From Mustelus asterias (lineage: Eukaryota): DNA of 64,000 nt. The position numbers and the translations under genes were made by a program. The stretch covers positions 9,486,001-9,550,000 of the forward strand of contig NC_135830.1 of assembly GCF_964213995.1 (NCBI RefSeq), in the 5' to 3' direction. Position 1 is the first letter of the stretch. Each line of letters starts with the position of its first letter. Shown here piece after piece: positions 11,990 through 23,658 of this stretch. The notes beneath the pieces were generated by a model that ran no database searches, was not told the DNA's origin, and saw nothing but the letters and a program-made list of their open reading frames with translations.

Positions 11990-13347
11990 TGGATCTTAGA
12001 CTGATAGATTTGGAGCTGGCCATTATGGTGGCGGATGAGGAGGCAGAGGAGTTCGCTCAGGAGGTGGAGGCTGTGGGGAGACCCTTGCAGGAATAGTCAA
12101 TACCATGTCCTCAGGAAGGAGGGCAGGGGGCTGCCGCTGAGGTCCAGGAGGTGGGTGAGCAGTCTCCCAAAAGGGTGCACATAAGGCAGAGGGTGCAGAG
12201 GGCAAGGAGGCACAGGCCTCGGAATTTATTTGAGACTGTCTCGGAGGCGACATGTCGCTGCTGGCTGCGGCTCTCCAAGAGCACAGTGCGTCATCTATGT
12301 GAGGTGCTCGCACATCTGGAACCTCAGGGGAGGGGCGGCCATCCGCTCCCTGTGGAGGTTAAGGTTACGGCTGCCTTGAACGTTTTTGCATCTGGGTCAT
12401 TTCGGGCACCCAATGGCGACCTTAGTGGGGACTCTCAGGCCTTCGTGCGCAGACGAGTGTGGAAGGTCACATATGCCCTTTATGCCCGGGAAGGATAGTA
12501 CATAAAGTTTGATTCCACTCCCTGAATGTGCAGATCGTGTGTGACCATCTCATGTGGATCATGCAGGTCGATGCACGCCATCCAGGGAATGCCCATGACA
12601 GCTTTGCCCTCAGGCAGCGGACATCTGTGACCTCTTTCAAAACCAGCCCATGCTGCCGGGATGGCTACTGGGTGACCAGGGTTACCCGCTAAAGTCATGG
12701 GTGATGATGTCTGTACGGAGGCCCGAGACCGAGTTGTAGACCCGCTACCATGAGGCCCATGCAGCCTCTCGGTCCACAGTAGAGTGCTGCATCGGCCTGC
12801 TTAAAATGCGGTTCCGCTGCTCCAACCCTTTGTGTGCTTCACGCATAAGCATAGTTTGCTGCGTTCTGCACAACATAAAGTTTTTAAAAGCGTTTTTATT
12901 AGTCACAAGTAGACTGACATTAACACTGCAATGAAAGTATTATGAAAATGCCCAAGTTGCCCCATCAGGCGCCTGTTCGGGTACACTGAGGGAGAATGTT
13001 GTATGTCCAATGCATCTAACCTACACAACTTTGGACTGTGGGAGGAAGCTGTAGCACTCGGAGGAAACCCAAGCATACACGGGGAGAACTCCACACAGAC
13101 AGTGATGCAAGTCGGGAATCAAACCTGGGTGTGGCAGCAGTGCGAACCACTGTGCCACCGTGCCGCCCTCATCGCCCAGCAGCGGGGAGACAAGCTGGAG
13201 AAGGAGAAGGAGGAGGGGGGGCGGCGATGGGGCGAGGTGGACGTCCTGTCACATGAGGAGCCAGAGGAAACGGGGCAGGCAGCGATAACAGATGTTCGGC
13301 AGGGAAGGTCAATGATGGATGCCTTAAACGTACCCCGCTTCACGTAG
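11990..13347 (+). pseudogene. Decayed PIF/Harbinger (HARBI1-like) DDE transposase, split by an HE1 SINE at ~12880-13167
   Basis: LPVEVKVTAALNVFASGSF..GDLSG.SQ; NVQIVCDH..IMQVDARHPGNAHDSF; WLLGD.GYPL; HAASRSTVECCIGLLKMRFRC; CCVLHN|IAQQRG; stops, frameshifts and internal deletions. Confidence 0.85.
12880..13167 (-). mobile_element. HE1-like V-SINE
   Basis: Reverse strand reads GGGCGGCACGGTGGCACAGTGG head plus V-domain. Confidence 0.85.
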
Positions 13348-13774
13348 CTGGTGCTCTGTCATCCCACCACTCTGTCTCCCAGAAACATCCAAACTTGTTA
13401 ATAGGCCTGGGCTGGCAATGGTCGTGAGTCTGGCTTGATGGCTGGAGGATGATGGCGACTCACTGTTGTGCGCTCTGGGATCCTGCCCCTGGTGCCACTC
13501 AAGCCTGACTCCTACATGTTCTCCGAATGCACGCTGCCATCCTGGCCCACATAGAAGTAAGGGTTGTGGGCACAAGTTTGTGGGATAATCAGTGCGGGTG
13601 GGGGGCATTTGCCCCAAACGTCTGGTGGATGTTGGGGAAGGTTTGGCAGGCACTGTGTAAAATGTGGCTGAGCCTCGCAAAGCATAACAGACAGCTCCTC
13701 TATACATGGGAACCGCCCGACACGAAGGGACAATTTCACATGGCCAATCAACCTAACCAGCGCATCTTTGGGCT

Positions 13775-14900
13775 GCGTTATCAACAGGGATTCAAACAAT
13801 ATAAGGGGCACTGAGAGAGAATTCATTCTGTGTGTCCAGGATTTTCTTTTCAGCCAATTAGCGATAAACCCAAAAAGAGAAGATGCAATTCTAGACCTCG
13901 CCTTGGGAACGAAGAAGGGTAAGTGGGTGAAGTGACAGTTGGTGACCATATCAGGGATAGTGATCGCAATTCAGTTGCATTTAGCCTGACCATGGAAAAG
14001 GACAGAGATAAAGCAGGAATAAAAGGTTCGAACTAAGATAAGGCAAACTTTGCAGGAATGAGAAGGGACTTGGCTGACATGGGATGGACAGCACTGCTAG
14101 GGGATAAATCAGTGGAAAACCACTGGGAAACACTAAAAAGTAAGATTGTGAATCATAACATCCCTACAGTGCAGAACGAGGTTATTTGATTCATGACCCA
14201 CCCACCTACCCAGCCCATATTTGGACCATTGGAGGAAACTGGAGCACCCAGGGGAAACAGATGCATGAAGAGAATGTGCAGCTCCACATAGTCAGTCACC
14301 AAAGGCTCGAATCAAATCTGGGTCCCTGGTGCTTTGAGGAAATGTACAAAGTAGACGCGTTCCCTCCAAACTTAAGACTGGTTCTGCGAAGTCTAGATTC
14401 CCTGGTTGTCTACAAGAATAGTAAGAAGCTTAACAACACCAGGTCAACTTCTTACTGTGTTTACCCCAGTCCAACGCCGGCATCTCCACATCATGTCACA
14501 AGAATTGCAGGGGACGAACAAACAGAAAAAGAAAGTGTACGATAGGCATTATGAAGGAATCACTGCAGATAGCCTAGATGAATATAGGAACTGCAGGGGC
14601 AAAGTGAAAAGGAACTAAGGAAACCTGAGAGAGGGCATGAAAAAAGTTAGCAAGTAAAGTTGAAGAAAACCCAAAGATGTTTTGCCAATATATTAATGGT
14701 AAAAGTTAAGGCAAATGTGTGATCTATCAGCAATGAAGAACGAAGCTTGTGTGTAGATGCAGAGGATGTGGGAAGATGTTTGAATGAATATTTTGTTTCC
14801 ATATGTTGAATGGAAAGGGGTGATGCAGATTTATTAGTCCAGGAGGAACACGCTGAGATATTGGGTGGAATAATCATAAAGAGATTTTTCGAAGGGCCAG
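13775..14900 (+). mobile_element. CR1 APE/linker fragment with nested SINE and Penelope pieces
   Basis: DAILDL.LG.E.G, SDRNSV, KENPK.F.Y and LNEYFVS-type motifs. Confidence 0.7.
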
Positions 14901-14930
14901 ATGGACTGTTTCTGAGGATGCTGAAAGAGA

Positions 14931-15180
14931 ATCATACAATACTACAGTGCAGAAGGAGGCTACCTGGCCCATCGAGTCTGCACCGACCACAATCCCACCC
15001 AGTCCTATCCCCATAACCCCATGCATTTACCCAAACTAGTCCCACTGACACTAAGGGGAAATTGATCATGGCCAATCCAGTTTGCCCGCACATCATTGGA
15101 CTGGGAGGAAACCGGAGCATCTGAAGGAAACACATGCACACACGGGGAGAATGTGCAAACTCCACACAGACACAAGTCGT
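14931..15180 (-). mobile_element. HE1 SINE (partial)
   Basis: GGAGGAAACCGGAGCA...GGGGAGAATGTGCAAACTCCACACAGAC. Confidence 0.85.
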
Positions 15181-15439
15181 GAATCAAACAGCAAATGCTA
15201 TGGCCATAAAAATATATTCTGGCAATGGTGCTGAAGAATTCAGATTCAGATCTTACCGCAATCTGAGCTAAGCTGTTCCGACGCTACAACACTGTCATCT
15301 AACCGCCAATGCTGCAATTTGCCCAATATTGCAGGGTTTACAAATATCAGGTCAAATCCAACGCCGCAAATTACCATCAGTCTACTCTTGATTATCAGTA
15401 ACGTGACGGAAGGGGCAATAAACAATGATATCAGGAGGA

Positions 15440-16030
15440 ACTCCAATGCAAACTGGAGGAACATCGCCCGATGTCCCGATTCGGCACTGACTGCGTTCCA
15501 GAATTAACACTGAATTCAACAACTTCAGAGCATCTCCTTTCCTCCATCCTCACCCAATTTCCATTTATTTTGTTTTATTTCGTTTCATCTTATTTATTTA
15601 TATTACTTTATATCTTCTTTTTATATATATATAATTTCCATGTATTGCATTGTTCATTTAAAATCTCACTTTCCATCTTGTTGCCCCCTCTCCCTCCACC
15701 CCACTCGGGCCGTCTCTTACATTTCCTTTGTTCTGCCGTTAACACATTCTGATCTCTTAATGGGCAGCCAGCAGCACCCTTCTCAGCCATGATCACCACC
15801 ATTAAAATTCCCTTCTTCTTAATTTATATGGGACACCTTTGTCACCCACCCCACACCCATATCCCTCACCATTACAGTATAAATCTCGCCCAGATTTCTT
15901 TGTCTTCAGCTCTGACGATGGGTCATCCAGATTTTGAACGTTAGCTCTATTCTCCCTTCACAGGTGCTTTCAGAACTGTTGAGATTTTCCAGCGTTTTCT
16001 GTTCTTGTTTTAGATTCCAGCATCCACAGT
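15440..16030 (+). mobile_element. Penelope-like element 3' end (GIY-YIG C-terminus plus pLTR)
   Basis: QCKLEEH..SRFGT and INTEFNNFR peptides; CTGACGATGGGTCATCCAGA..GAACGTTAGC degenerate hammerhead-type core. Confidence 0.7.
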
Positions 16031-16154
16031 AAATGTGTTTATTCAAGAGGCACTTGTCAGACAGACTTGTTCCTGGGATACAAAAAAATGCTAAAATCGA
16101 AACAAAGCGCCAAGTTAGCATGGATAGGTTAGATTAAAACACTTGCAGTCAGTT

Positions 16155-16219
16155 TCCTTGGTGATCTCGTGGCTCGGATTAGGCTCTTTCACCGCAGCGG
16201 TTCGATTCCTGGTCAGGGA
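16155..16219 (+). pseudogene. tRNA-Glu(TTC) pseudogene
   Basis: TCCTTGGTGATCTCGTGGCTCGGATTAGGCTCTTTCACCGCAGCGG-TTCGATTCCTGGTCAGGGA; 5' T-stem segment deleted, several mismatches. Confidence 0.85.
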
Positions 16220-16434
16220 TTGAAGATTTATTGTTTTCTTGCAGCCCATGATTTAAGTGGAATTGGAATTACTTCCTGATCGAAAACAGGAGTGATATTG
16301 GTGCCAGTTTCAACAGTACAGAGAAAAATCCGTCCAATTCCACAAACCCGTCAATTACCCACAACAATTTGTATTTGCATTGCCTCTTTTGGTTCCTCCA
16401 GTCAAAATGAATAATGATATATTCTCGGAGAATT

Positions 16435-16733
16435 CCTATTGTAGAGAAGGAGGTCGGTCGGCCCATCGAGTGCGCACCGACAACAATCCCATCCACGCCC
16501 TATTCCCGGAAACCCACATGTTTACCCTGATAATCCCGCTGGCAGGCGGGTCAATTTAGCATGGCCAAGCAACCGAACTCACACATGTTTGGAAAGGAAA
16601 CCGGAGCACACGGAGGAAACCCACGCAGACACGGGGAGAACGTGCAAACTCCGCACAGAGTGACCCGAGAAATTTAACCTGAGCCACTGGCGCTGTGAGG
16701 CATCATTGCGAACCACTGTGAAACCATGCCGTC
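16435..16733 (-). mobile_element. HE1 SINE
   Basis: Head, V-domain and CR1-like tail on the reverse strand. Confidence 0.85.
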
Positions 16734-17339
16734 CTATTCTACTGCATTTTATTTTACTGCAGTGTTAGTACCAACCTGTGATAAACCATTTTGTGGTAAT
16801 TCTGCTGATCAACATTAACTTATCAGCGTTAATGGACGGTGGTTTCCAGCCCCAAGTTGGGGGGCACTGTTTGTACAGAAGGAGGTTTGTACAGAAGAAG
16901 CAACTTTGCTGCTTTTCTGGGTGAACTCCAGCTCTCCATTCCTCCGGCAGCGTCACCGTTCAAACTGAGTGTTTCTCCATCCCACGCTGTTAATCTCAAA
17001 GCTCCTGCCTTCTGAATGAAAACTGCCTCCACTTCACTGGAGGTCGGAGAGTTACAATTAAAGGTCTTCTTGTCACTGAGTCCGAGATTTGGACCCAGAC
17101 CTGCGAGGTATTTGTGTCAGTGGAAACAACAAAATCTACTCCATCAACAGCCAGATCTTAGCCCACATCACCATCTATATCGTCAGCGCTTTGTATCCTA
17201 TTTCTCTCTCTTTTTTTGTTCTTGGCATGTGAAAGTTCCAATTCAGACACAAAAGAGGAAATCTACCTACCACTGATTCCCGCAGAACTGGTACAAACCT
17301 GGAAGGAACGCAGGATTTTTACGCAACAATAAACCCACT

Positions 17340-17411
17340 TTCCCTGACCGGGAATCGAACCCGGGCCGCGGCGGTGAGAGCGCCGAATCCTAACCACGAG
17401 ACCACCAGGGA
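17340..17411 (-). tRNA. tRNA-Glu(CTC) with A14>C substitution
   Basis: TCCCTGGTGGTCTCGTGGTTAGGATTCGGCGCTCTCACCGCCGCGGCCCGGGTTCGATTCCCGGTCAGGGAA; one difference from the vertebrate consensus. Confidence 0.93.
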
Positions 17412-17661
17412 AGCTGGCCCAAGCTCTTTAAAACATTGATTTATCTATGAGCCTTCTGCCTTTTATTTTTATTTCAGACTTTTTATTCACCAAAAACAAG
17501 TTTCTCCTTTAAATTGTCATGTTTAGATCGAACCCAAGGGACTGTTCAGCCAATGAAAACAGCGAAACCTGTGAGCTGCAACATGAAATCGACCGTGAGG
17601 TGAAATAGTCCCGCAAGTTGGTGATGTGGCACTTTCAATTTCCAACACCCACCAAACTCAT

Positions 17662-17962
17662 CACTGTGGCTTCTGTGAAACTTGCAAGGTAACACACGGC
17701 AGACATTCACCACGGAGAGCAACTGGCAGAACTCATTTATGAAACATTATCCTGTCGCTTCTCTTCCTGTTTCTGTCGCTGCCTCTCACCCAGCTCCCTC
17801 TGGTTGTCCATTTCCCAGGGTCAGTTAGCTGCTTGATACAGACACAGAGAGTTGGTGAACCCGATCTTCACCTGGAAAGCAAGGAAAGCGAATGGATGAC
17901 ACACGGCATTGAGAGGAGATGGAGTTTAGAGATAACAGTATAAGGAGACACAGATATCTCAT
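17662..17962 (-). pseudogene. Highly decayed antigen-receptor leader + V segment with RSS heptamer
   Basis: MRYLCLLILLSLNSISSQC signal peptide; tttccag|G-EDRVHQ; 3' end SAVCYLAS (like SAVYYCAS) followed by CACAGTG; internally deleted, no recognisable nonamer. Confidence 0.4.
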
Positions 17963-18772
17963 CTTCCTGATCCAGTTCCTGATTGCAGGAACGTACACAG
18001 TGCCAATTATCGACTGTCACACTCTCCTTCCAGCCATGAGCACGGAGTTAAGTTTTGAAGTGTTTGAAGTCTTGCTACAGTTATTCAGGGTTTTGTTGAG
18101 ACCACATTTGGAATAGTGTGTTCAGTTTGGATCTCCCCATTTTAGACAAAATAAAAGCAAAATCTGAGGATGTTGGAATCTGAATCAAGAACAGAAAAAG
18201 CTGGAAAATCTCAACAGCTTTAACGAGAAAGAATAGATAGCATTGAAAAACTGCAGGGATTCTATCGTTCTATGAGTTTGATAGGGTGGATGCGGAGACA
18301 TTATTTTCCCTGGTCCGGGAATCTAAAGCACGTGGGTACAATCTCAGGATAAGGCGCTGATGATTTAAGACTGCGATGAGCAGACATTTCTTCACTCAAA
18401 GGATCGTGAATTTGGGGAATTCTCTGTGCCAGAGGGTTGTAGATGCTCCATCATTAACACATTTCAGTTCGGGTTGGATAGATTTATGATCTATTCAGGA
18501 ATGAATGGAAGCAGGGAGATGGAATTGGAACAAATGCTCAGCCACAAATTAATGTTTCCATTCTAATTTTTAAGCTTAATGGTATAATGGAAGCATGTAT
18601 ATAATATTATATGTAATATGTCTGAAGTCAATAGTCATTCAATAATGTTGGTGACAACAGGTAACAGTACAGCCAGAAATACTTGAGCTATTTTTCATTG
18701 ACCACACGGACCCATTGCCAACACACAACTGTTTGCCTATGAATGCAGATGGTGAGAAGACAGTAAAATCAC

Positions 18773-18846
18773 CGTCCCTGGGTGGTCTCGAACCACCAAC
18801 CTTGCGGTTAGCAGCCGAACGCGCTGACCGATTGCGCCACAGAGAC
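18773..18846 (-). tRNA. tRNA-Asn-body gene with mutated anticodon GCT (Ser); probable pseudogene
   Basis: GTCTCTGTGGCGCAATCGGTCAGCGCGTTCGGCT-GCT-AACCGCAAGGTTGGTGGTTCGAGACCACCCAGGGACG; TTTT terminator 4 nt downstream. Confidence 0.9.
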
Positions 18847-19877
18847 TCAGACAGCAACTACCCACGATATTCTAAGCTAGGGTGTCAATAACCACAATTC
18901 TCTTTCTGCAAAACCTGTTCCAGAACTGCAGCATGACCGCACCGTTTTGAATTCTATCCAAGTATCTTTGGTTACGTTGATCCCGCTGCATTTCTGTTGT
19001 GTGTTGGTTATTCTCTGTTTCCTATGAACGTGTCGGTAAAATGAATCCATGTCTCTTATCACAGGGAGGAATTCAACGGGAGGGAAGGGAACTGACCACC
19101 AGAAGCCCAGCGATCCAATAGTTCCCACTCAATCATCAATAACACCATTCACAGCTGCACCTGCATCCAAATATTGTGACCCATTTCCCTCAGGATTTGT
19201 TCCAAGATTTAATATTTTCTTTGTTTTCTCCTCATTTTGAAATGAGACTCGCTTCAATATACAACTCAAATGGAATTGGAAACCTGACGGACTAATAGTC
19301 ACTGGGTAACATAAACCCCATGGTGTTCATTTCCAGATTCACAACACTCAGCTTTTCAATCAAATGGAGGAATCTACTACTGAAACGTTTTGGAAAGTTG
19401 GTTTGAATATTGTTTGTGACTCACTCAGATACTGTTTAAATGATACTCGAAGGTTCAGTGCGCGGGACATAATCCATAATGTTTTTCTGAGCTTGTGTTC
19501 GGTGTATTGCGAGTTTTGAACGGGGTTGAATCTTGTGTCCCGCTTTCGAATCGGGAATCTTTCGTGTGTTGGGTGAATGTGATAATTATTACAAACAGAA
19601 ATGATGTTCTACAACTCTGCAACAGACTGGGGTGTCGAACCGTGCAGTTTGATTGGCCTTCAGAGTTTCTGAAGTGTGGTGTTTTATACATTCACCTAAC
19701 ACATGGAAGGTTTCCTGTCTGAAATAGGAAACGAACTAACTCATCTCTCAGTGTGAGGAAACGTTACCTCATTTTCGTTTGTTATTAAATATTGAAAGAA
19801 AACATTATCTCTCAGCCTAACTGCAGTTGCACTTCCCAAGTGTGAAATGATATTCCACAAAATATCCAGTTAATATA

Positions 19878-20142
19878 AAGTTTATTTATTAGTCACATGT
19901 AAGGCTTACATTAACACTGTAACGAAGACACTGTCAAATTCTCTGGTCGCCAAACTCCGGCACCTGTTCGGGTCAATGCACCGAACCAGCACGTCTTTCA
20001 GGCTGTGAGAAGAAACCGGAGGATCCAAAGGAAACTCATGCAAACACGGGGAGAAAGTGCAAACGTCAAATAGACAGAGACCCAAACCGGGAATCGATCT
20101 TTAGCACTGTGAGATGGCAGTGTTAACTACTGTGCCACAGTG
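19878..20142 (-). mobile_element. HE1-like V-SINE
   Basis: Same subfamily as 12880-13167. Confidence 0.8.
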
Positions 20143-21479
20143 CAACCACCCTCCCCGCTACCGCCCCCACACCCCTCCTAACGCCCCCCCCCCACCCGCC
20201 CCGGCCACCCAGACATGGTAAAAGAGAAAAAATGGCACAAATGTCATGTACTGATTCTAATGTTTCATGTCTGCCGCATGAAAAAGGTTTTTTTTTAGCT
20301 TAAATGTACTTCCAATAATCAGGTTATAAAGTTAAATCAGACTGTACTGTTTAACCATCAAGTCGCTTTTATCCTGAGCGGACTTTGTGTATTGAAGGGA
20401 TAATCACATTCTATTCATATTAGCGCAGGTCCCAGGCGCTAAACGGGGCCGAAATGTTGTCAAAACTCACTGCTCTGAAGTTTACGAATTGAAGTTTATT
20501 CTAATCTTTATGTATACTGTTACAGTCAGATTGCCTGGAAAACGCCAGTGGACATGTTTCAGTTTATTGGAGAGCATGTGCAAAGGAACACCGACCTCAA
20601 TGATCGGGTTTCATCTAAATTTGAATAAAAAACGAACAATGCGAGCGAGCTAACGTTCATTAACACACTGATTTCCGACAGCGCCGTGTATTTCTATGCC
20701 ATGGAGCCCACACTGCTGCAGAGATATATCGAATGCGGTACAAAAATCCCACGCTGGCAGTTCCAGTTAGTCCCCAGCAAACAAGCGCGGCAAATTCAGT
20801 TTCCACCGAGTGACGGAATTTCTTCACATTGCAGCAAAAGAAACCACTCAAAAATAGCAACTGGTGTGGTCCAGTTGCACAACTGTATTAATTGATGATC
20901 GTAACTTATGGCTGTAGAATCATGAAATCATGGAATCCCTCCAGTGCAGAAGGAGGCCATTCAGCCCATCGAGTCTGCGCCGACCACAATCCAAACAAGG
21001 ATTGTTCCCGTAACCCCACATATTTACCTTGATAATCCCCCTTACACTTGGGTTAATTCAGCATGGCCAATCAACCTAATTGATATAAGATTGACCAATC
21101 GATCTGAGATTTGTTAAGTGGTTTTCCACGCCTTTCTCTGCCTACTTGTTCCTGACTGATTATTTACTGATTTATGACAACTATGCCCATTTCCATTTCC
21201 CAGTCTTCAACGTAAATATTTAATGCTTTTTCTGTTACTTTGTAGTTTCATTCAAAGTTCTCCAATCTGGCTGCTCGGCTATTCGGTCCAGCTTTCCATT
21301 CACATCACAAGATTTCGCTTTGTATTGAATCATTTACTAACGCTGACACTCCTGGTGCGAGCTCGCTGGTCCGCAGTAAGGAATGAACATTCGGCTCCGC
21401 TCTTACAGAGAGGCAAAGTTATAGAATTTCCAAAGTGACATTGTTATTGAGTTCAGCTCTTTGCAGATAAATTCTACCT

Positions 21480-21639
21480 GTGACCACACTGCCTATGTTA
21501 GGCCCCGCCCACAGCTTTCCTGTGCTATTCTAACTCTGATCAGTCTCACCTGTGCTGTTTTATGAGATTTTATTGTAGATATTGATGTATGTTGCTTTTT
21601 TCTGTTTGGCACTGTTGGTGTCAGCAGTCCAATGGGGTG
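21480..21639 (+). pseudogene. Orphan signal-peptide exon (MYVAFFCLALLVSAVQWG, 21585-21639) with lymphoid-type promoter motifs
   Basis: RUNX-like ACCACA, GC box GGCCCCGCCC, ETS TTTCCTG and E-box CACCTG within ~100 bp of the ATG; phase-1 end followed by GCAAG instead of GTAAG; no V exon follows. Confidence 0.4.
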
Positions 21640-22917
21640 GCAAGCTATACTTCCACTCTGGAAGAGGATTTCACATACTGCAGAGTTACAAATTGAGGGA
21701 ATATCATATGGAAATATCTCAGACCATTCATTATTCTATCACTTGCAGGAGTGGCAATTATGTCGCTATCCAAATAGCAAGGACAGTGAAGGAATAAAAA
21801 TACCAAAAATGTATTAATTGCATACGTATGTTGCCAAACATGAGTGTTAAACTGCTACTTTGGTAAATGAAAACTTCAAGTCATCTGTTTTCGGGGATAC
21901 AACAATTATTTCCAATCCACTTGTAAAACTTAACACTGCTGTAGACTCTGTATATTCTTACTGAAATAATTTGAAGCATAATCCAAAAAAAAATTCTAGT
22001 GGTGTTGATCGTATGCAGAGCGCTGCAGAATTGTGAAAGAATTGAATTACCATGAAGGCATATTTAAAGTATATTGCAGCCACATAATATTATGCATTGT
22101 CATGAATTTGCTCTACAATTTTCAAACAAGTTATTAATTCTGCGATCGCAGTAATAAATTGTTCAGAATGAGGGTCATAAGCCATGAATTAGTTGAATCA
22201 GCAGTTACTACAAAAATAAAGAAATACATTAAAAATATATAGTTTAATTTCTGAAATCTGCCTGTTCTCTGCCTACAACCATGTTTCCAAAAGTTTCAAA
22301 TCAATAGAGGGATGGTATCCAAAAGATGTAACTGCTCAGTGCCACTGAGTTTAAACAATGCCGAAACGCCATAGCGTTTCACAATTTTTAACATTTCAGA
22401 GTCACCCAGAAACAATCTCCTCAGCAGCAAAAACATAAATCGCATCACTCAGGGGAGTAAACCCCTTTCAGAGAGAAACAGCTCAATTCTGCAAACAGAC
22501 AAACAGAATCAAGTGCAACATTGCAAAATAATCTCAATATAAAATGCAGCAAAACAGCTCATCATTACGTAATAAATTAAAGGTTAAACTGACGATTTTA
22601 ATGGAGGAATTGAAACTGAATTTAGTGTAGTTGGATCATATTAAATATATAAATTCATATTAAGCAAATACATATCGAAATTTTAGCACATTTTTCAGCT
22701 TGTGTCATACTTCAAACATGATAAAATCTGCAGCGATTAGATGTCATCGAAAATAAACATTTTTGTAATGCCCAACTGTTTAAAAGATTTCATGTATTTA
22801 AAGTTAGCCAGTCACACAGCTGCATATCAACAGCAAATCACAACAAAAGGGGACTGGATCCCTCCGCTAAAACATTTGTCAAGAAACAGCGGAATTCTGC
22901 ATCCCCTTTTCATCTGA

Positions 22918-23043
22918 ATCACATGAGTCATTCCAAAAAAATCACAAATCAGAATCCACCCAACCACATTTCAGTGAATTAATATTATTAAAATAGACCA
23001 AAATGTAAAACAGAGACTCAGAAAAAATTACTTAATAAATGGC
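22918..23043. repeat. Direct repeat copy 1 (in the J-side intron of the IgH gene)
   Basis: ATCACATGAGTCATTC...CTTAATAAATGGC, aligns with 23428-23551. Confidence 0.95.
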
Positions 23044-23053
23044 TGCTTCTTAC

Positions 23054-23415
23054 CTGAAGTTACAGTCACCTTGGGGTCCCCTGTCCCCAGGATCCATGGT
23101 AACCACTGCTATCTTTTGCACAGTAATAGATTGCGGTGTCTTCGCTCTTGAGGCTCCCCATGTCCAAAGCGAAGATATTGTTTGAAATGTTTTTGCTCGC
23201 AATAAATCGATTCTGAATCGCAGTGGCGTATTCCCTGGTCGATAAACTAAAGTAGTAAATCAACAATTCCAACCCCTGTTGCGGAACCTGTCGGATCCAG
23301 TGCATGCCGTCGCTTCCAAGATCGAAGCCGCTCGTATTATAGGTCAGTCTCAGGCAGCCTCCGGGATGCCCGACCGCTGCCTCGGACTGACTCAACACAA
23401 CATCCGACTGGACAC
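23054..23415 (-). pseudogene. Germline-joined immunoglobulin heavy-chain VDJ exon (IgM-type VH), defective
   Basis: tacag|[75 protein letters not shown]; no RSS; first Cys replaced by Tyr; 2-nt insertion before (K)VTVTS; donor G|gtaag. Confidence 0.93.
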
Positions 23416-23427
23416 CTGTAAAAATAT

Positions 23428-23551
23428 ATCACATGAGTCATTCAAAAAAACACAAAACAGAATCCACCCAAACACATTTCAGTGAATTAATCAATTATTA
23501 AAATAGTTCAAAATGTAAAACAGACTCAGAAAAAGTGACTTAATAAATGGC
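23428..23551. repeat. Direct repeat copy 2 (in the leader intron of the IgH gene)
   Basis: Aligns with 22918-23043. Confidence 0.95.
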
Positions 23552-23658
23552 CCCGAGGACTAATCTTTGTCAAATAATTGCTGACTCTGGAATATTCCAG
23601 AGATAGACTAACACTGAGACAGTGACATTGAGAGACTTTGACAATAAAAACTACTCAC

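Noticed and set aside
16770-17105. Minus-strand exon-like segment that might be an IgM constant exon
   Set aside because: No C1-set Cys/Trp pattern in any frame
21246-21375. Open segment with acceptor and GTAAGG donor
   Set aside because: Peptide not recognisable and no partner exons identified
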